A DNA stretch of 64,000 nt from an uncultured Saccharophagus sp. (GTDB lineage Bacteria > Pseudomonadota > Gammaproteobacteria > Pseudomonadales > Cellvibrionaceae). The position numbers were made by a program, and so were the translations under genes. This document shows positions 20,969 through 32,594 of the stretch, piece by piece. Under the pieces are notes generated by a model that saw nothing but the letters and a program-made list of their open reading frames with translations, was not told the DNA's origin and made no database searches. Positions within the stretch are counted from its first letter, which is position 1; each line of letters begins with the position of its first letter. The stretch spans positions 5,975-69,974 of the forward strand of contig CAKZUG010000011.1 in assembly GCA_937920545.1 (NCBI GenBank), written 5' to 3'.

Positions 20969-23110
20969 ATGAGTCAAATGTCGGCCACATTACAAGCAGG
21001 TAGAGCTTACCCTTTAGGGGCAACGTTAACTACCCAAGGCGTTAATTTTGCCATTTTTTCGAGTCATGCAACCAAAGTTGAACTGTGTTTTTTTGATGAA
21101 AATACGCATCAACAAATAACATCATACATATTAAAAGAGCATACCGATGGTGTATGGCACGGCTTATTACCAGAAGGTAAGGCGGGGTTAATTTATGGGT
21201 ATCGTATTGATGGCCCTTACGAGCCGCAACGTGGCCATCGTTTTAACCCAAATAAACTACTGCTTGACCCCTATGCAAAAAAAACGGTGGGTGAATTCCG
21301 CTGGCATGATGATCTTCATGGTTATGATATACATCATGAGCAATTAGATCTGATCCGTAGTGAATCAGATAGTGCTCATTCAGCGCTTAAATGCGTCGTT
21401 GTGCAAGACCTTACTCCGCAAGAGGTTGCCCAAAGAGATGAGGCGCGGCCATGTCTTTCATGGGCTGATACTGTCATCTATGAGGTGCACGTTAAAGGAT
21501 TCACAAAGCTCAACCCGCATATCCCTGAGGCTATTCGAGGCACATATAAGGGGTTAGCTTCGCCTGACGTATTGCAGTATTTAAAAGAACTTGGCGTTAC
21601 AGCTATCGAGTTACTTCCAGTTCATGGATTTATTGATGAAGCGTTTTTGACGCAACAAAATCTCAGTAATTATTGGGGCTATAATTCCTTACATTTTTTC
21701 CAGCCCCATCAGGCCTATCAGCATGAGGACGCTCTTTCCGAATTCAGAGAGCTTACGCAAGCTGCGCACAAACATGGCTTAGAGGTTATCTTGGATGTGG
21801 TTTATAACCACACTTGCGAAGGTAATCAATTGGGGCCAACGCTATCATTTAGAGGTATTGATAACGCCAGTTATTATTGCTTACAGCAACGAGATGCACG
21901 TTATTACGTTAACGATACGGGTTGTGGCAATACGCTCAATGCAAAACATCCTCGCGTTATACAGCTCATGCTTGATAGTTTACGGTATTGGGTCGAGCAA
22001 ATGGGTGTTGACGGCTTTAGGTTTGACTTGGCTACTGTGCTGGGGCGTGAGAGTTATGGTTTTGATTCAGGCGCAGGTTTTTTTGATGCCATTAGGCAGG
22101 ATCCAGTCCTAGCAAAAACGAAACTGATTGCTGAGCCATGGGATATTGGCCCAGGCGGTTATCAGCTTGGTGCCTACCCTGTTGGTTGGTCAGAGTGGAA
22201 TGATAAGTATCGCGATATTATTCGTCAATTTTGGCGTGGTGATGCTGGCGTATTACCTGAATTTGCGCGGCGTATTCATGGAAGCAGCGATCTTTTTGAG
22301 CATTCTGGCCGCGGACCTTCAAGCTCGATAAACTTTATTACTAGTCATGATGGTTTTACGTTAAAAGATACTGTCAGTTTTAATGATCGTCACAATGAAG
22401 CAAATAACGAAAATAACAGCGACGGGCATCATTCTAACTTTAGTTTTAATCATGGTGTTGAGGGTGAGTCAGATGACCCTGAAATCATCGCTATGCGTTA
22501 CAGGCAAATGCGTAATTTTTTAGCTACGCTTATCCTATCGCAAGGTACGCCAATGATTTTAGGGGGCGATGAATTCGGGCGTAGTCAAGACGGTAATAAT
22601 AATGCTTACTGTCAAGATAACGCCATTAACTGGTTCGATTGGAGTGCTATCTCGGAGCAAGGTAAGTCTTTACAGTCATTTGTGTCAAGCGTCTTGGCGT
22701 TGCGTCGTAGCTTTTCCTTACTCACCTCTAGTCGTTATATTCATCACGTTGATGAGCCAGACGGAAAAGTCGCATGGTGCGTACGTTGGTGTAATATTTA
22801 TGGTGAGCAAATGAAAGATGCTCAGTGGGCAGAACAACATGCGCATTGCGTGGGTTGGATTTTAGAGAAAATTCCTATTGAAAACGATACCGATAAACAA
22901 CCAAAGAGACTAATTGTATTGTTTAACGCATCGAGCAATGACATAGACTTCAGCCTACCTAAAGATGGTCAGGTTGAATCTTGGACGTCGTTACTTGATA
23001 CCTGTTTTGCAGACGGAAAACCAGAGCACACCAAAAAATCGGTAGTCGAACCGGTTTTACTGATAAAAAAATCTATGCAGCTACTTTGCGCAAACTTTAC
23101 TGAATGTTAA
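20969..23110 (+). CDS. glgX: Glycogen debranching enzyme
   Basis: GVNFAIFS, NYWGY, DVVYNHT, DGFRFDLA, IAEPWD, SHDGFTL, GNNNAYCQDN; AAGGA RBS before ATG 20969. Confidence 0.97.
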   Translation: MSQMSATLQAGRAYPLGATLTTQGVNFAIFSSHATKVELCFFDENTHQQITSYILKEHTDGVWHGLLPEGKAGLIYGYRIDGPYEPQRGHRFNPNKLLLDPYAKKTVGEFRWHDDLHGYDIHHEQLDLIRSESDSAHSALKCVVVQDLTPQEVAQRDEARPCLSWADTVIYEVHVKGFTKLNPHIPEAIRGTYKGLASPDVLQYLKELGVTAIELLPVHGFIDEAFLTQQNLSNYWGYNSLHFFQPHQAYQHEDALSEFRELTQAAHKHGLEVILDVVYNHTCEGNQLGPTLSFRGIDNASYYCLQQRDARYYVNDTGCGNTLNAKHPRVIQLMLDSLRYWVEQMGVDGFRFDLATVLGRESYGFDSGAGFFDAIRQDPVLAKTKLIAEPWDIGPGGYQLGAYPVGWSEWNDKYRDIIRQFWRGDAGVLPEFARRIHGSSDLFEHSGRGPSSSINFITSHDGFTLKDTVSFNDRHNEANNENNSDGHHSNFSFNHGVEGESDDPEIIAMRYRQMRNFLATLILSQGTPMILGGDEFGRSQDGNNNAYCQDNAINWFDWSAISEQGKSLQSFVSSVLALRRSFSLLTSSRYIHHVDEPDGKVAWCVRWCNIYGEQMKDAQWAEQHAHCVGWILEKIPIENDTDKQPKRLIVLFNASSNDIDFSLPKDGQVESWTSLLDTCFADGKPEHTKKSVVEPVLLIKKSMQLLCANFTEC

Positions 23111-23129
23111 ATAGCACTAAGGAATCCTG

Positions 23130-25580
23130 ATGAATAGTCAATTACCCAAGCCCGTACTATGCAACAAAAAACAGCAAGTCAGCCAAGATCTTCATCGTCA
23201 CTATAATTATACATTAGGGCGTTTTGATACTGATAAAAGTAGCGATGCCTTATACGAAGCGCTTGCCTACACCATACGCGATAGATTAATGGAGCGCTGG
23301 CGCTTAACGCAAGAGTGTGAGCATATTACCCAAGCTAAAAAAGTATATTATTTATCGTTAGAGTTTTTACTGGGTCGTAGTTTAACAAATGCGATTCTAA
23401 ATCTTGATATGGATGAAGCAGTAAAAGAAGCGCTTTTAGAATTTGGTACCAATATAGAAGAAATGCAAGAGCAAGAGCGTGATGCGGGTTTAGGGAACGG
23501 TGGTTTAGGTAGGCTTGCCGCATGTTTTATGGATAGCTGTGCGCGCTTAGAATTACCCGTGACTGGTTATGGTATTCGTTATGAATATGGCATGTTTCAC
23601 CAAACGATAAGTCAAGGGCGACAAATAGAACAGCCCGATCATTGGCTGCGCGATGGTAATCCATGGGAGATAGAGCGCCCACAAAATATGCGCCGTGTAA
23701 AATTTTATGGTCATACAGAGTTTTATTATTCAGATTGTGGCGATAAACGAGCGCGCTGGGTAAATACTCATGATGTACTAGCCATCCCTTACGATATGCC
23801 TATTCCTGGGCATAACAACGATCAAGTTAACACGTTACGATTATGGAAAGCCGCTGCGACAGATGAGTTCAATTTACAAGAATTTAACGATGGCGATTAC
23901 GCTGATGCTGTCGCACAAAAAACCCAAGCTGAACAAATTACAATGGTGTTATACCCCAATGACAGCAGCGAAAATGGTAAGATTTTACGCCTGCGTCAGC
24001 AATACTTTTTAGCTTCAGCCAGCTTGCAAGACGTAGTCGAAGCGTGGGTAAGTGAGCATGGTAGTGATTTTACACACTTTGCTCGTCAAAATTGTTTTCA
24101 ACTAAACGATACGCATCCAACTTTAGCTGTACCAGAGCTTATGCGAATATTAATGGATGACTACCATATGGCGTGGGCGCAAGCTTGGGATATAACGACA
24201 GCGACTATGGCTTATACAAATCATACTCTTTTACCTGAGGCGCTGGAACGCTGGTCAGTGAGTATGATGCGAGATTTATTGCCACGCCTGTTAGATATTA
24301 TTTATGAGATAAACGCCCGCTTCTTAGGCCAGGTCACAACTAAATGGCCAGGCAATATCAATATGCAGCAACGTATGTCAATTATTGAAGAAGGCGGTGA
24401 ACCACAGGTTCGTATGGCTTATCTGGGTATTGTAGGGTCATTCTCGGTTAATGGCGTGGCGGCATTGCACTCTAAATTATTAATTAACGGTTTGTTTAAA
24501 GATTTCTATCAATTGTGGCCAAATAAATTTAACAATAAAACAAACGGTGTAACACCAAGGCGTTGGCTTGCCTATTGCAATAAACCATTGGCAAACCTAG
24601 TAACCGAAAAAATAGGCAGCGATTGGGTAGCAAGCTTAGAAGAAATCGAGAAACTTAAAGCGTTTGCAAAAGATAAAGCATTTCAAAAAAGCTGGTATAC
24701 AATAAAACAAGATAATAAAAAGAAACTTGCAGTATTAGTCAAAGACAGCTGCGATGTGGATTTTAATCCTGAATTTCTTTTTGATGTTCAAGTTAAACGT
24801 ATTCACGAATATAAAAGACAGCTGCTTAACGTGTTACATGTTATTTATCTTTATGACAAAATAAAACGTGGCGAAGGCGCTCAAGTTGATCCGCGTTGTG
24901 TTTTGATTGGCGGTAAAGCGGCTCCAGGCTATGCGTTAGCGAAAGTCATTATTAAGCTTATTCATAATGTGGCCGATGTTGTTAACAACGATCCAGATGT
25001 AAACGGAAAGCTAAAGTTAGCGTTTTTGCCTAACTACAATGTAAGCTCAATGGAAGTGATTTGTCCTGCAACTGATTTGTCTGAGCAAGTGTCAACCGCG
25101 GGTAAAGAGGCGTCTGGCACCGGCAACATGAAATTTATGATGAATGGTGCCCTTACTATAGGTACTTATGATGGTGCAAATATAGAAATCATGGACGCTG
25201 TGGGAGAAGAGCATTTCTTCTTGTTTGGATTAAAAGTAGAAGACATTGCCGATTTTAAAGCAAACAATAACCCTAACGATATTATTGAACAAGATGACGA
25301 CTTGAAACGAGTTATGCAGCTTCTAGAGACTGGGCATTTCAATATGTTTGAGCCGCATATTTTCAGCGATATTATAGGCACCATTAGAAATCCGCACGAC
25401 CCTTGGATGGTTGCTGCTGACTTTAGAAGCTATATTACGGCTCAAAAAGAAGCATCAACGGTTTACAATAATAAGCCTAAGTGGATTGAGTCAAGTATTC
25501 TCAATACGGCAAGCAGTGGGCATTTTTCATCAGATAGAACTATTAGCCAATACGCAAAAGAAATATGGAAAACGCAGTAG
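23130..25580 (+). CDS. glgP: Glycogen/alpha-glucan phosphorylase
   Basis: LGNGGLGRLAACF, LYPND, QLNDTHP, KRIHEYKRQLLN, EASGTGNMK (PLP lysine). Confidence 0.97.
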   Translation: MNSQLPKPVLCNKKQQVSQDLHRHYNYTLGRFDTDKSSDALYEALAYTIRDRLMERWRLTQECEHITQAKKVYYLSLEFLLGRSLTNAILNLDMDEAVKEALLEFGTNIEEMQEQERDAGLGNGGLGRLAACFMDSCARLELPVTGYGIRYEYGMFHQTISQGRQIEQPDHWLRDGNPWEIERPQNMRRVKFYGHTEFYYSDCGDKRARWVNTHDVLAIPYDMPIPGHNNDQVNTLRLWKAAATDEFNLQEFNDGDYADAVAQKTQAEQITMVLYPNDSSENGKILRLRQQYFLASASLQDVVEAWVSEHGSDFTHFARQNCFQLNDTHPTLAVPELMRILMDDYHMAWAQAWDITTATMAYTNHTLLPEALERWSVSMMRDLLPRLLDIIYEINARFLGQVTTKWPGNINMQQRMSIIEEGGEPQVRMAYLGIVGSFSVNGVAALHSKLLINGLFKDFYQLWPNKFNNKTNGVTPRRWLAYCNKPLANLVTEKIGSDWVASLEEIEKLKAFAKDKAFQKSWYTIKQDNKKKLAVLVKDSCDVDFNPEFLFDVQVKRIHEYKRQLLNVLHVIYLYDKIKRGEGAQVDPRCVLIGGKAAPGYALAKVIIKLIHNVADVVNNDPDVNGKLKLAFLPNYNVSSMEVICPATDLSEQVSTAGKEASGTGNMKFMMNGALTIGTYDGANIEIMDAVGEEHFFLFGLKVEDIADFKANNNPNDIIEQDDDLKRVMQLLETGHFNMFEPHIFSDIIGTIRNPHDPWMVAADFRSYITAQKEASTVYNNKPKWIESSILNTASSGHFSSDRTISQYAKEIWKTQ

Positions 25581-25613
25581 CGTATACAAACATAACTATA
25601 AGGAATAATTAAC

Positions 25614-26870
25614 ATGTTAGATCCAAATTCGCGTTACGTCAGCCGGTTAACAAAAGATACGGTAGCGCTTGTTTTAGCAGGTGGCCGGGGTAGCCGCTTG
25701 CATGAATTAACAGATTGGCGCGCAAAGCCTGCGCTTCATTTTGGCGGTAAGCACCGTATTATTGATTTTCCATTGTCTAATTGCGTTAACTCGGGTATCC
25801 GTCGAGTCGGCGTATTAACACAATATAAAGCGCATTCTCTGATTCGTCATATTATGCGTGGCTGGAGTCATTTTAAAAAAGAACTGGGCGAATATGTCGA
25901 GATCTTACCAGCTTCGCAGCGCTCATCACCTAATTGGTATCAAGGTACAGCCGATGCGATTTTTCAAAATTTAGATATCATTCAAGATGAAGCACCAAAG
26001 TATGTATTGGTTTTATCGGGCGACCATATCTATCAAATGGACTACGGCACCATACTGGCTCATCATGTTGAAAGCGGCGCTGATATGACAGTCTCGTGTA
26101 TTGAAGTGCCCCTTGAAGAAGCCGCTGGGGCTTTTGGCGTGATGACGGTCAATGATAACAACCGTATAATTCGTTTTGATGAAAAGCCTGACGAACCTAC
26201 AGAGCTAAATGACCATCCCGGTCATACATTAGCCTCTATGGGTAACTATGTTTTTAATACAGAATTTTTATTTGATCAGCTGCGTAAAGATGCTGCCAAC
26301 CCAAACTCTGAACATGACTTTGGCAAAAATATTATTCCCTCTATTATTCAAGATCATCACGTCGAGGCTTATCGCTTTCGTGATCCGGATACGGACAAAG
26401 CATCATACTGGCGTGACGTAGGTACATTAGACTCGTTCTGGGAGGCGAACATGGAACTCGTGTCCCCTGAGCCGCAACTTAATTTGTATGATGCCGACTG
26501 GCCAATCTGGACATATCAGCCCCAGCAACCACCCGCAAAATTTGTATTTCAAGACGGTGATAGAAGTGGTTATGCTGTCGATTCCATGGTCGCTGGTGGT
26601 GTGATTGTATCTGGTGGTAAAGTGAAACAATCGTTATTGTTTTCGAATGTTAAAGTGCACTCATTTTCTGAAATAGAAGAGACGGTTCTTCTACCTGAGG
26701 TTGAAGTGCATCGCCATGCTAAAATTAAAAAGGCTATTATTGATGGCGGTTGCGTTATACCCGAAGGCATGGTGATTGGTCATAATCATGAGGATGATAA
26801 AGCGCGAGGTTTTCGTGTCACCAAAAAAGGGGTCACACTCGTTACGCGTAGCATGTTGAACCAAGGTTAA
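25614..26870 (+). CDS. glgC: Glucose-1-phosphate adenylyltransferase
   Basis: [37 protein letters not shown]. Confidence 0.98.
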   Translation: MLDPNSRYVSRLTKDTVALVLAGGRGSRLHELTDWRAKPALHFGGKHRIIDFPLSNCVNSGIRRVGVLTQYKAHSLIRHIMRGWSHFKKELGEYVEILPASQRSSPNWYQGTADAIFQNLDIIQDEAPKYVLVLSGDHIYQMDYGTILAHHVESGADMTVSCIEVPLEEAAGAFGVMTVNDNNRIIRFDEKPDEPTELNDHPGHTLASMGNYVFNTEFLFDQLRKDAANPNSEHDFGKNIIPSIIQDHHVEAYRFRDPDTDKASYWRDVGTLDSFWEANMELVSPEPQLNLYDADWPIWTYQPQQPPAKFVFQDGDRSGYAVDSMVAGGVIVSGGKVKQSLLFSNVKVHSFSEIEETVLLPEVEVHRHAKIKKAIIDGGCVIPEGMVIGHNHEDDKARGFRVTKKGVTLVTRSMLNQG

Positions 26871-26875
26871 TTTAT

Positions 26876-26904
26876 CTCGCTGTCGGCAGCATGCCGTCAG
26901 CGAG
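26876..26904 (+). other. Strong intergenic hairpin between glgC and glgA
   Basis: CTCGCTGTCGGCA-GCA-TGCCGTCAGCGAG, 12 of 13 bp paired, no T-tract. Confidence 0.6.
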
Positions 26905-26976
26905 CGTTTACCATCTCACCAGATACTTCCTATAAAATAATCTATCGCAAAAATATCAATACAGCCGGAATCAAAA

Positions 26977-28527
26977 ATGAAAAAAAATATTTTAATGTTA
27001 GCCGCTGAACATGGTGGCTTTTCTGGCGCAAAAGTGGGTGGGGTAGGTGATGTTATACGTGACTTACCGCAAGCTCTTAACGAGCAAAATTGCCAAGTGA
27101 GTGTTGCACTGCCGTCCTACGGTTTTTTAATGCGGTTACCGAGCTTAAAAAAAATAGGCAGTGTTAATGTCGTATTTTATAGTTATGTGCATACTGTTAG
27201 TATTTATAGCACCCAGGAAGCTGGGCATGGTGTGTATATTTTTGATCATCCATTTTTTTATCATAAGGGTGAGGTGGTATATTGTGATGATCCCGACCAT
27301 TCTCCTTTTGCATCTGATGCCTCAAAATTTGCATTGTTTTGTGCCGCTACTGCTCAAGCCTTATTAGATAATATATTACCAAAACCTCATGTTGTGCACT
27401 GCCACGATTGGCATACTGGGTTTCTCCCATTACTTCTAAAAAAGCATTCCGCATTTAAAAAGCTCAACACTTTACCCATTGTGTTTACCATTCATAATTT
27501 AGCTATGCAGGGTACCCGTCCCACTTCAGGTGATGACTCATCATTACGCGCATGGTTTGGTGAAGATGTCAGCGATTTTGATGATTGTATCGACCCGGTG
27601 TATCAAAACTGCATTAACCCGATGAGAGCGGGTATTGTCCTTAGTGATAAAGTACATACGGTATCACCTACTTATGCCAAAGAGATTTTAATGCCCAGCG
27701 ATCATAAGCAGGGTGTGTTTGGTGGTGAGGGCTTAGAGTCTGATTTATGTAAAAGATTTCACGAGAAAAAATTAATTGGTATTTTAAATGGTTGTGACTA
27801 TGGCGTTAAAGTTGGGCGAAGACCGTCTAAAGACACTTTAGTAAAAGTTGCTCATGCCGCCCTTTTAAAGTGGGTAGCTAAAACACCGCAGCTAAAAAGT
27901 ACACATTTTTTAGCTCAGCATAACCTTGCTGCATGGCATACTAAAAAAACAGCGGGTTTGACTATAACCTCCGTGGGGCGTTTAACAGAGCAAAAAGCCC
28001 GATTATTACTGACGCCAACATCAATAGGCCGTGTAGTTATTGATGATCTACTTGATGCATTAAAAGGCAGCGGGACATTTATTTTATTGGGCAGCGGTAG
28101 TACCGAAATAGAACAGCAACTTTGTATCAGAATGGGAGAGTATGAACATTTTATTTTCCTTAATGGTTATGATGAAGATCTATCAAATAAAATGTATTCT
28201 TATGGTCATTTATTTTTAATGCCCAGTTCATTTGAGCCGTGTGGTATTAGCCAGTTGCTTGCCATGCGAGCAGGGCAACCCTGTTTAGTGAGTAGCGTCG
28301 GAGGGTTAAAAGATACCGTCGCACATAATAAAAATGGTTTTGTTTTTTCTGGTAAGGACGATACGCATAAAGCAAAACAGCTTGTATCGTTATTTAACAC
28401 AGCTATTTCTATGTTTACTTCAAAGCAGGATGAATATAAAAAAATACAAAAAAGCGCTAAGGCTACACGTTTTACTTGGAGTGACGTTGCAAAAGAATAC
28501 GCTGAAAAATTATATAATGTCGATTAG
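26977..28527 (+). CDS. glgA: Glycogen synthase (GT5)
   Basis: KVGGVGDV, HCHDWH, FTIHNLAMQG, LMPSSFEPCGISQ, GGLKDTV. Confidence 0.93.
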   Translation: MKKNILMLAAEHGGFSGAKVGGVGDVIRDLPQALNEQNCQVSVALPSYGFLMRLPSLKKIGSVNVVFYSYVHTVSIYSTQEAGHGVYIFDHPFFYHKGEVVYCDDPDHSPFASDASKFALFCAATAQALLDNILPKPHVVHCHDWHTGFLPLLLKKHSAFKKLNTLPIVFTIHNLAMQGTRPTSGDDSSLRAWFGEDVSDFDDCIDPVYQNCINPMRAGIVLSDKVHTVSPTYAKEILMPSDHKQGVFGGEGLESDLCKRFHEKKLIGILNGCDYGVKVGRRPSKDTLVKVAHAALLKWVAKTPQLKSTHFLAQHNLAAWHTKKTAGLTITSVGRLTEQKARLLLTPTSIGRVVIDDLLDALKGSGTFILLGSGSTEIEQQLCIRMGEYEHFIFLNGYDEDLSNKMYSYGHLFLMPSSFEPCGISQLLAMRAGQPCLVSSVGGLKDTVAHNKNGFVFSGKDDTHKAKQLVSLFNTAISMFTSKQDEYKKIQKSAKATRFTWSDVAKEYAEKLYNVD

Positions 28528-28535
28528 TAGGTTGT

Positions 28536-28901
28536 ATGCAAAATAATAAAGTAAAAAAAGTTACCTTAAATTCTTATTTATTATCTGTATTGGTTTTGCC
28601 GGGCGCAGGCCACCTTGCTATCGATAAAAAAATAACAGGTTATTTAATAATGGGTGTAAGCCTATTTTTTGTTGCTTTTTTCTTATCAGCTATATTCAGT
28701 ATTTCGAGTGATGCAGCTAACAAAATTGTAGCGGGCGAGTTAATATTTTCTCAGATTCAAACTTACATACATGAGCAAATTCAGCTTGTGGTAAAAGGTC
28801 GTTTGGCTATTTGTTGGTGGGGTTTTTGGGTTGTGTGGTTGCTGGCTTTAATTGATTTGGCACGCTTGCAGTATTTATCTCGTTCTGGTCATACGCTTTA
28901 A
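28536..28901 (+). CDS. Hypothetical membrane protein
   Basis: PGAGH motif plus about three hydrophobic segments; starts 8 nt after glgA. Confidence 0.75.
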   Translation: MQNNKVKKVTLNSYLLSVLVLPGAGHLAIDKKITGYLIMGVSLFFVAFFLSAIFSISSDAANKIVAGELIFSQIQTYIHEQIQLVVKGRLAICWWGFWVVWLLALIDLARLQYLSRSGHTL

Positions 28902-28937
28902 TGGCCTTTTTTTATAGCGTTTTTTAATGGAGTGGAT

Positions 28938-29399
28938 ATGTATCAGAACCGTCAGGCTATCGCATTAGGTAGCATGCTTGTTATGTTTTTATTGTGTATT
29001 ATTTTGTTGGTGCTGATGTTTTGGCTGTGGCCAAAGTATAATGTATATCGTCAAGAACTAAGCGGCAGAGCCGCATTGAAAGAAGCGCAGTGGTCAAAAC
29101 AGATTTTAATTGAAGAAGCCAAAGCACGTGAGCAAGCGTCTCTTATGCAAGCAAAAGCCAGAGTGACATTGGCCGAGGCAGACGGTGAGGCGAAGCTGGT
29201 TAAAGCCCGCGCCGAAGGTAAAGCTGATATCGAGCGAGCCAAAGCCGCCGCAGAAGCCAACCGTATTATTGGCGAGTCTTTAAAAAATAATGAGCAGTAC
29301 TTGAGATATATCTGGATCAAAGGATTACAAGAGGGTAAAGGCGAGCGAATTTATATACCTACTGAAGCTGGCTTACCTATTTTAGAGGCGGGTCGTTAA
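28938..29399 (+). CDS. Membrane-anchored coiled-coil protein resembling the C-terminal part of stomatin/prohibitin (SPFH) proteins
   Basis: One TM helix, Ala/Glu/Lys coiled coil (AEGKADIERAKAAAEAN), IYIPTEAGLPILEAGR end; GGAG RBS. Confidence 0.75.
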   Translation: MYQNRQAIALGSMLVMFLLCIILLVLMFWLWPKYNVYRQELSGRAALKEAQWSKQILIEEAKAREQASLMQAKARVTLAEADGEAKLVKARAEGKADIERAKAAAEANRIIGESLKNNEQYLRYIWIKGLQEGKGERIYIPTEAGLPILEAGR

Positions 29400-29434
29400 G
29401 TGTTTTAATCGCTAAGAATCAGAGATTGCCTAGC

Positions 29435-29473
29435 AAAAAAAGCCCTTAGTTTTGACAAGCTAAGGGCTTTTTT
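29435..29473. terminator. Bidirectional intrinsic terminator
   Basis: A7-GCCCTTAG...CTAAGGGC-T6 between convergent genes. Confidence 0.85.
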
Positions 29474-29505
29474 ATTATTTAGACGATATTTTAACTATGT
29501 CTTAT

Positions 29506-32334
29506 CTATTTTTTCAACAACGGCTTTAAAAACCTACCGGTATGTGAGGCCTTCACTTTAACGATGTTTTCTGGCGTACCATTAGCCACAATAGTTCCGC
29601 CGCCGCTGCCGCCTTCTGGGCCTAAGTCGATAATCCAGTCGGCCGTTTTAATCACATCTAGGTTATGCTCAATGACCACAACTGTGTTGCCGTGATCGCG
29701 CAAGCGATGTAAGACAACTAATAATTGCTGTATGTCATGAAAATGCAAGCCGGTTGTGGGTTCATCTAAAATATATAACGTGTTACCTGTATCGCGCTTC
29801 GATAGCTCCTTAGCCAGTTTTACGCGTTGCGCTTCACCGCCAGATAACGTGGTAGCGGCTTGCCCTAAGCGAATATACGATAAACCTACATCCATTAACG
29901 TTTGAAGTTTTTTTGCAATACTTGGAATAGCATCAAAAAAGTGGAAGGCGTCTTCTATTGTAAGATCCAATACTTCGTGAATATTTTTGCCTTTGTATTT
30001 AATCTCAAGCGTTTCGCGGTTGTAGCGCTTGCCTTTACATACATCACACGGCACATAAACGTCGGGTAAAAAATGCATTTCTACTTTTACAACGCCATCG
30101 CCTTGGCATGCTTCACAGCGCCCGCCTTTAACGTTAAAGCTAAAACGGCCCGGTTTGTAACCGCGTGAGCGTGCTTCTGGCGTGCCTGCAAATAACTCGC
30201 GTGCTGGCGTGAAAATGCCAGTGTAAGTTGCAGGGTTAGAACGTGGTGTGCGGCCAATCGGGCTTTGATCGATATCAACGCATTTGTCCAATAAACCTAA
30301 GCCAGTGATTTTTGTATGCTCTGCGGCTTTAAGCGTACTTGCGCGGTTTAAATCTGTGGCCGCAAGTGGGTAAAGTGTGCCGTTGATTAATGTCGATTTA
30401 CCACTACCCGACACGCCCGTTACACAAGTCATAACGCCAATCGGAATATTAATCGTCACGTCTTGTAAATTATTGCCCTTGGCGCCTTCAATTGTGATGT
30501 GTTTATCGTCTTTTGCGGCGTGGCGTTTTTTGGGTACTTCAATACATTTGCGGCCGGTAAGGTAATCGGCTGTTAGTGAGCCTTCGGCTTTTGATATGGT
30601 CTCGTAATCGCCTTGTGCTATAACTTGTCCGCCGTGCACACCCGCGCCTGGGCCAATATCCACAATATAATCGGCTTGGCGAATAGCGTCTTCGTCGTGC
30701 TCAACCACAATCACGGTATTGCCCAAGTCACGTAAATGCGTCAATGTTTTGAGTAGACGGTCGTTATCTCGCTGATGCAGGCCAATGGATGGCTCATCTA
30801 AAATATACATCACGCCAACCAGCCCAGCACCAATTTGGCTGGCAAGGCGAATACGTTGTGCTTCACCGCCCGATAAGGTATCGGCGCTGCGGTTAAGTGT
30901 TAAATAATTTAGCCCCACGTCATTTAAAAACTGAAAACGGTCACGCAGCTCTTTTAATATTTTATCGGCAATATCGCGCTTTGCGCCTTTAAACTTGAGT
31001 TTGGTAAAATACGCCAAGGCTTCGCCTACAGGCATCTCCGTAATAGAAGGCAGTGTGCGTTCATCAATAAATACATGGCGTGCATTTTTACGCAGTCGTG
31101 TGCCGCTACAGCTTGGGCATTTTGACGAAGTAAGGTACTTGCCTAGCTCATCGCGCACCGAGTTGGATTCGGTATCTTTATAGCGACGCTCCATATTAGG
31201 GATAATGCCCTCAAATGGATGTTTACGTTTATAGATATCGCCCTTGTCATTCACATAGCTAAAGTCGATCTGCTCTTTGCCTGACCCATGTAAAATGGCT
31301 TTTTGTTGCGCTTTGGTGAGTTTGTCCCAAGGCGTTTCAACATCAAAGTCGTAATGCTCGGCGAGCGATAACAGCATATGGAAGTAGTACAGGTTACGCC
31401 TATCCCAGCTGCGTATCGCGCCTTCGGCTAATGACGATTCAGGAAACTGCACCACGTTTTCGTCGCTAAAATATTGTTTAATACCCAAGCCGTCACAGCT
31501 TGGGCACGCGCCTGCGGGGTTGTTAAACGAGAACAGGCGTGGCTCTAGCTCGGTTAATGAGTAGTCGCACACTGGGCATGCATGCTTAGCTGAAAAAACA
31601 TGGTCGTCTCTTTCGCCGTCCATATCGGCCACAATAGCTACGCCTTCGGCTAGACCAATGGCGGTTTCAAACGATTCGGCAAGACGTATTTGCACATCGT
31701 CGCGCACTTTTATGCGGTCGATAATGACTTCTATCGTGTGTTTTTTCTTTTTATCAAGGGTTGGTGCATCGTCTAAATCAACCACCAGACCATCAATACG
31801 AGCACGAATAAAACCTTCGCGGCGTAGGCTATCGAGTGTGTGTAAATGCTCGCCTTTACGGTCTTTAATTACCGGTGCAAGCAGCATGATTTTGCTGCCG
31901 TCGGGCAGTGTCATCACGTTATCGACCATCTGAGAGATGGTTTGTGCCTCAAGTGGCTCGTTGTGCTCGGGGCAGCGCGGTTCCCCTACGCGTGAAAAAA
32001 GCAGCCTTAGGTAATCGTAAATTTCAGTAATGGTACCCACTGTCGAGCGCGGGTTATGAGAGGTCGATTTTTGCTCGATAGAAATAGCAGGGCTTAAACC
32101 TTCAATATGATCGATATCGGGCTTTTCCATCATGGATAAAAACTGGCGGGCATATGTTGAGAGTGATTCAACATAACGGCGCTGACCCTCTGCATAAAGG
32201 GTGTCAAACGCTAATGAGGATTTGCCCGAGCCAGATAACCCCGTAATAACAATTAACTTATCGCGCGGTAAATCTAAATCGACATTTTTGAGATTATGCG
32301 TGCGCGCACCACGCAGTACAATTTTATCTACCAT
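29506..32334 (-). CDS. uvrA: Excinuclease ABC subunit A
   Basis: Two Walker A motifs ([18 protein letters not shown]), LSGGE signatures, CxxC zinc fingers. Confidence 0.99.
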   Translation of the reverse strand: MVDKIVLRGARTHNLKNVDLDLPRDKLIVITGLSGSGKSSLAFDTLYAEGQRRYVESLSTYARQFLSMMEKPDIDHIEGLSPAISIEQKSTSHNPRSTVGTITEIYDYLRLLFSRVGEPRCPEHNEPLEAQTISQMVDNVMTLPDGSKIMLLAPVIKDRKGEHLHTLDSLRREGFIRARIDGLVVDLDDAPTLDKKKKHTIEVIIDRIKVRDDVQIRLAESFETAIGLAEGVAIVADMDGERDDHVFSAKHACPVCDYSLTELEPRLFSFNNPAGACPSCDGLGIKQYFSDENVVQFPESSLAEGAIRSWDRRNLYYFHMLLSLAEHYDFDVETPWDKLTKAQQKAILHGSGKEQIDFSYVNDKGDIYKRKHPFEGIIPNMERRYKDTESNSVRDELGKYLTSSKCPSCSGTRLRKNARHVFIDERTLPSITEMPVGEALAYFTKLKFKGAKRDIADKILKELRDRFQFLNDVGLNYLTLNRSADTLSGGEAQRIRLASQIGAGLVGVMYILDEPSIGLHQRDNDRLLKTLTHLRDLGNTVIVVEHDEDAIRQADYIVDIGPGAGVHGGQVIAQGDYETISKAEGSLTADYLTGRKCIEVPKKRHAAKDDKHITIEGAKGNNLQDVTINIPIGVMTCVTGVSGSGKSTLINGTLYPLAATDLNRASTLKAAEHTKITGLGLLDKCVDIDQSPIGRTPRSNPATYTGIFTPARELFAGTPEARSRGYKPGRFSFNVKGGRCEACQGDGVVKVEMHFLPDVYVPCDVCKGKRYNRETLEIKYKGKNIHEVLDLTIEDAFHFFDAIPSIAKKLQTLMDVGLSYIRLGQAATTLSGGEAQRVKLAKELSKRDTGNTLYILDEPTTGLHFHDIQQLLVVLHRLRDHGNTVVVIEHNLDVIKTADWIIDLGPEGGSGGGTIVANGTPENIVKVKASHTGRFLKPLLKK

Positions 32335-32537
32335 GGGGAACCTTAAAGAGAGTAAAAGCCAGTAGTATAATGGCAGGGAGCGTAAAAATGTAATGTACGT
32401 TGGGGAAGTGGGCTGAGATTGGTAATAATATTGTAGTGTTGGTTATATGGCACGTTGGTGGTGAGATTTGAGGGTGAATAAAGCTTATTCAAAATTTGTT
32501 TGGATGGCTCTTTAGACGTAAACAAATCTGCAGATAT

Positions 32538-32563
32538 AAAAAAGGCGCCATAAAGGCGCCTTT
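32538..32563 (-). terminator. Intrinsic terminator of the lipoprotein gene
   Basis: Minus strand GGCGCC-TTTAT-GGCGCC-T6. Confidence 0.8.
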
Positions 32564-32594
32564 GAGTTAATCGCTAGCGATTAGTCAAATATAC

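Noticed and set aside
32335-32530. LexA (SOS) box upstream of uvrA, and the 60-aa ORF 32343-32525
   Set aside because: No CTG-N10-CAG match seen; the ORF has no motif or clear RBS
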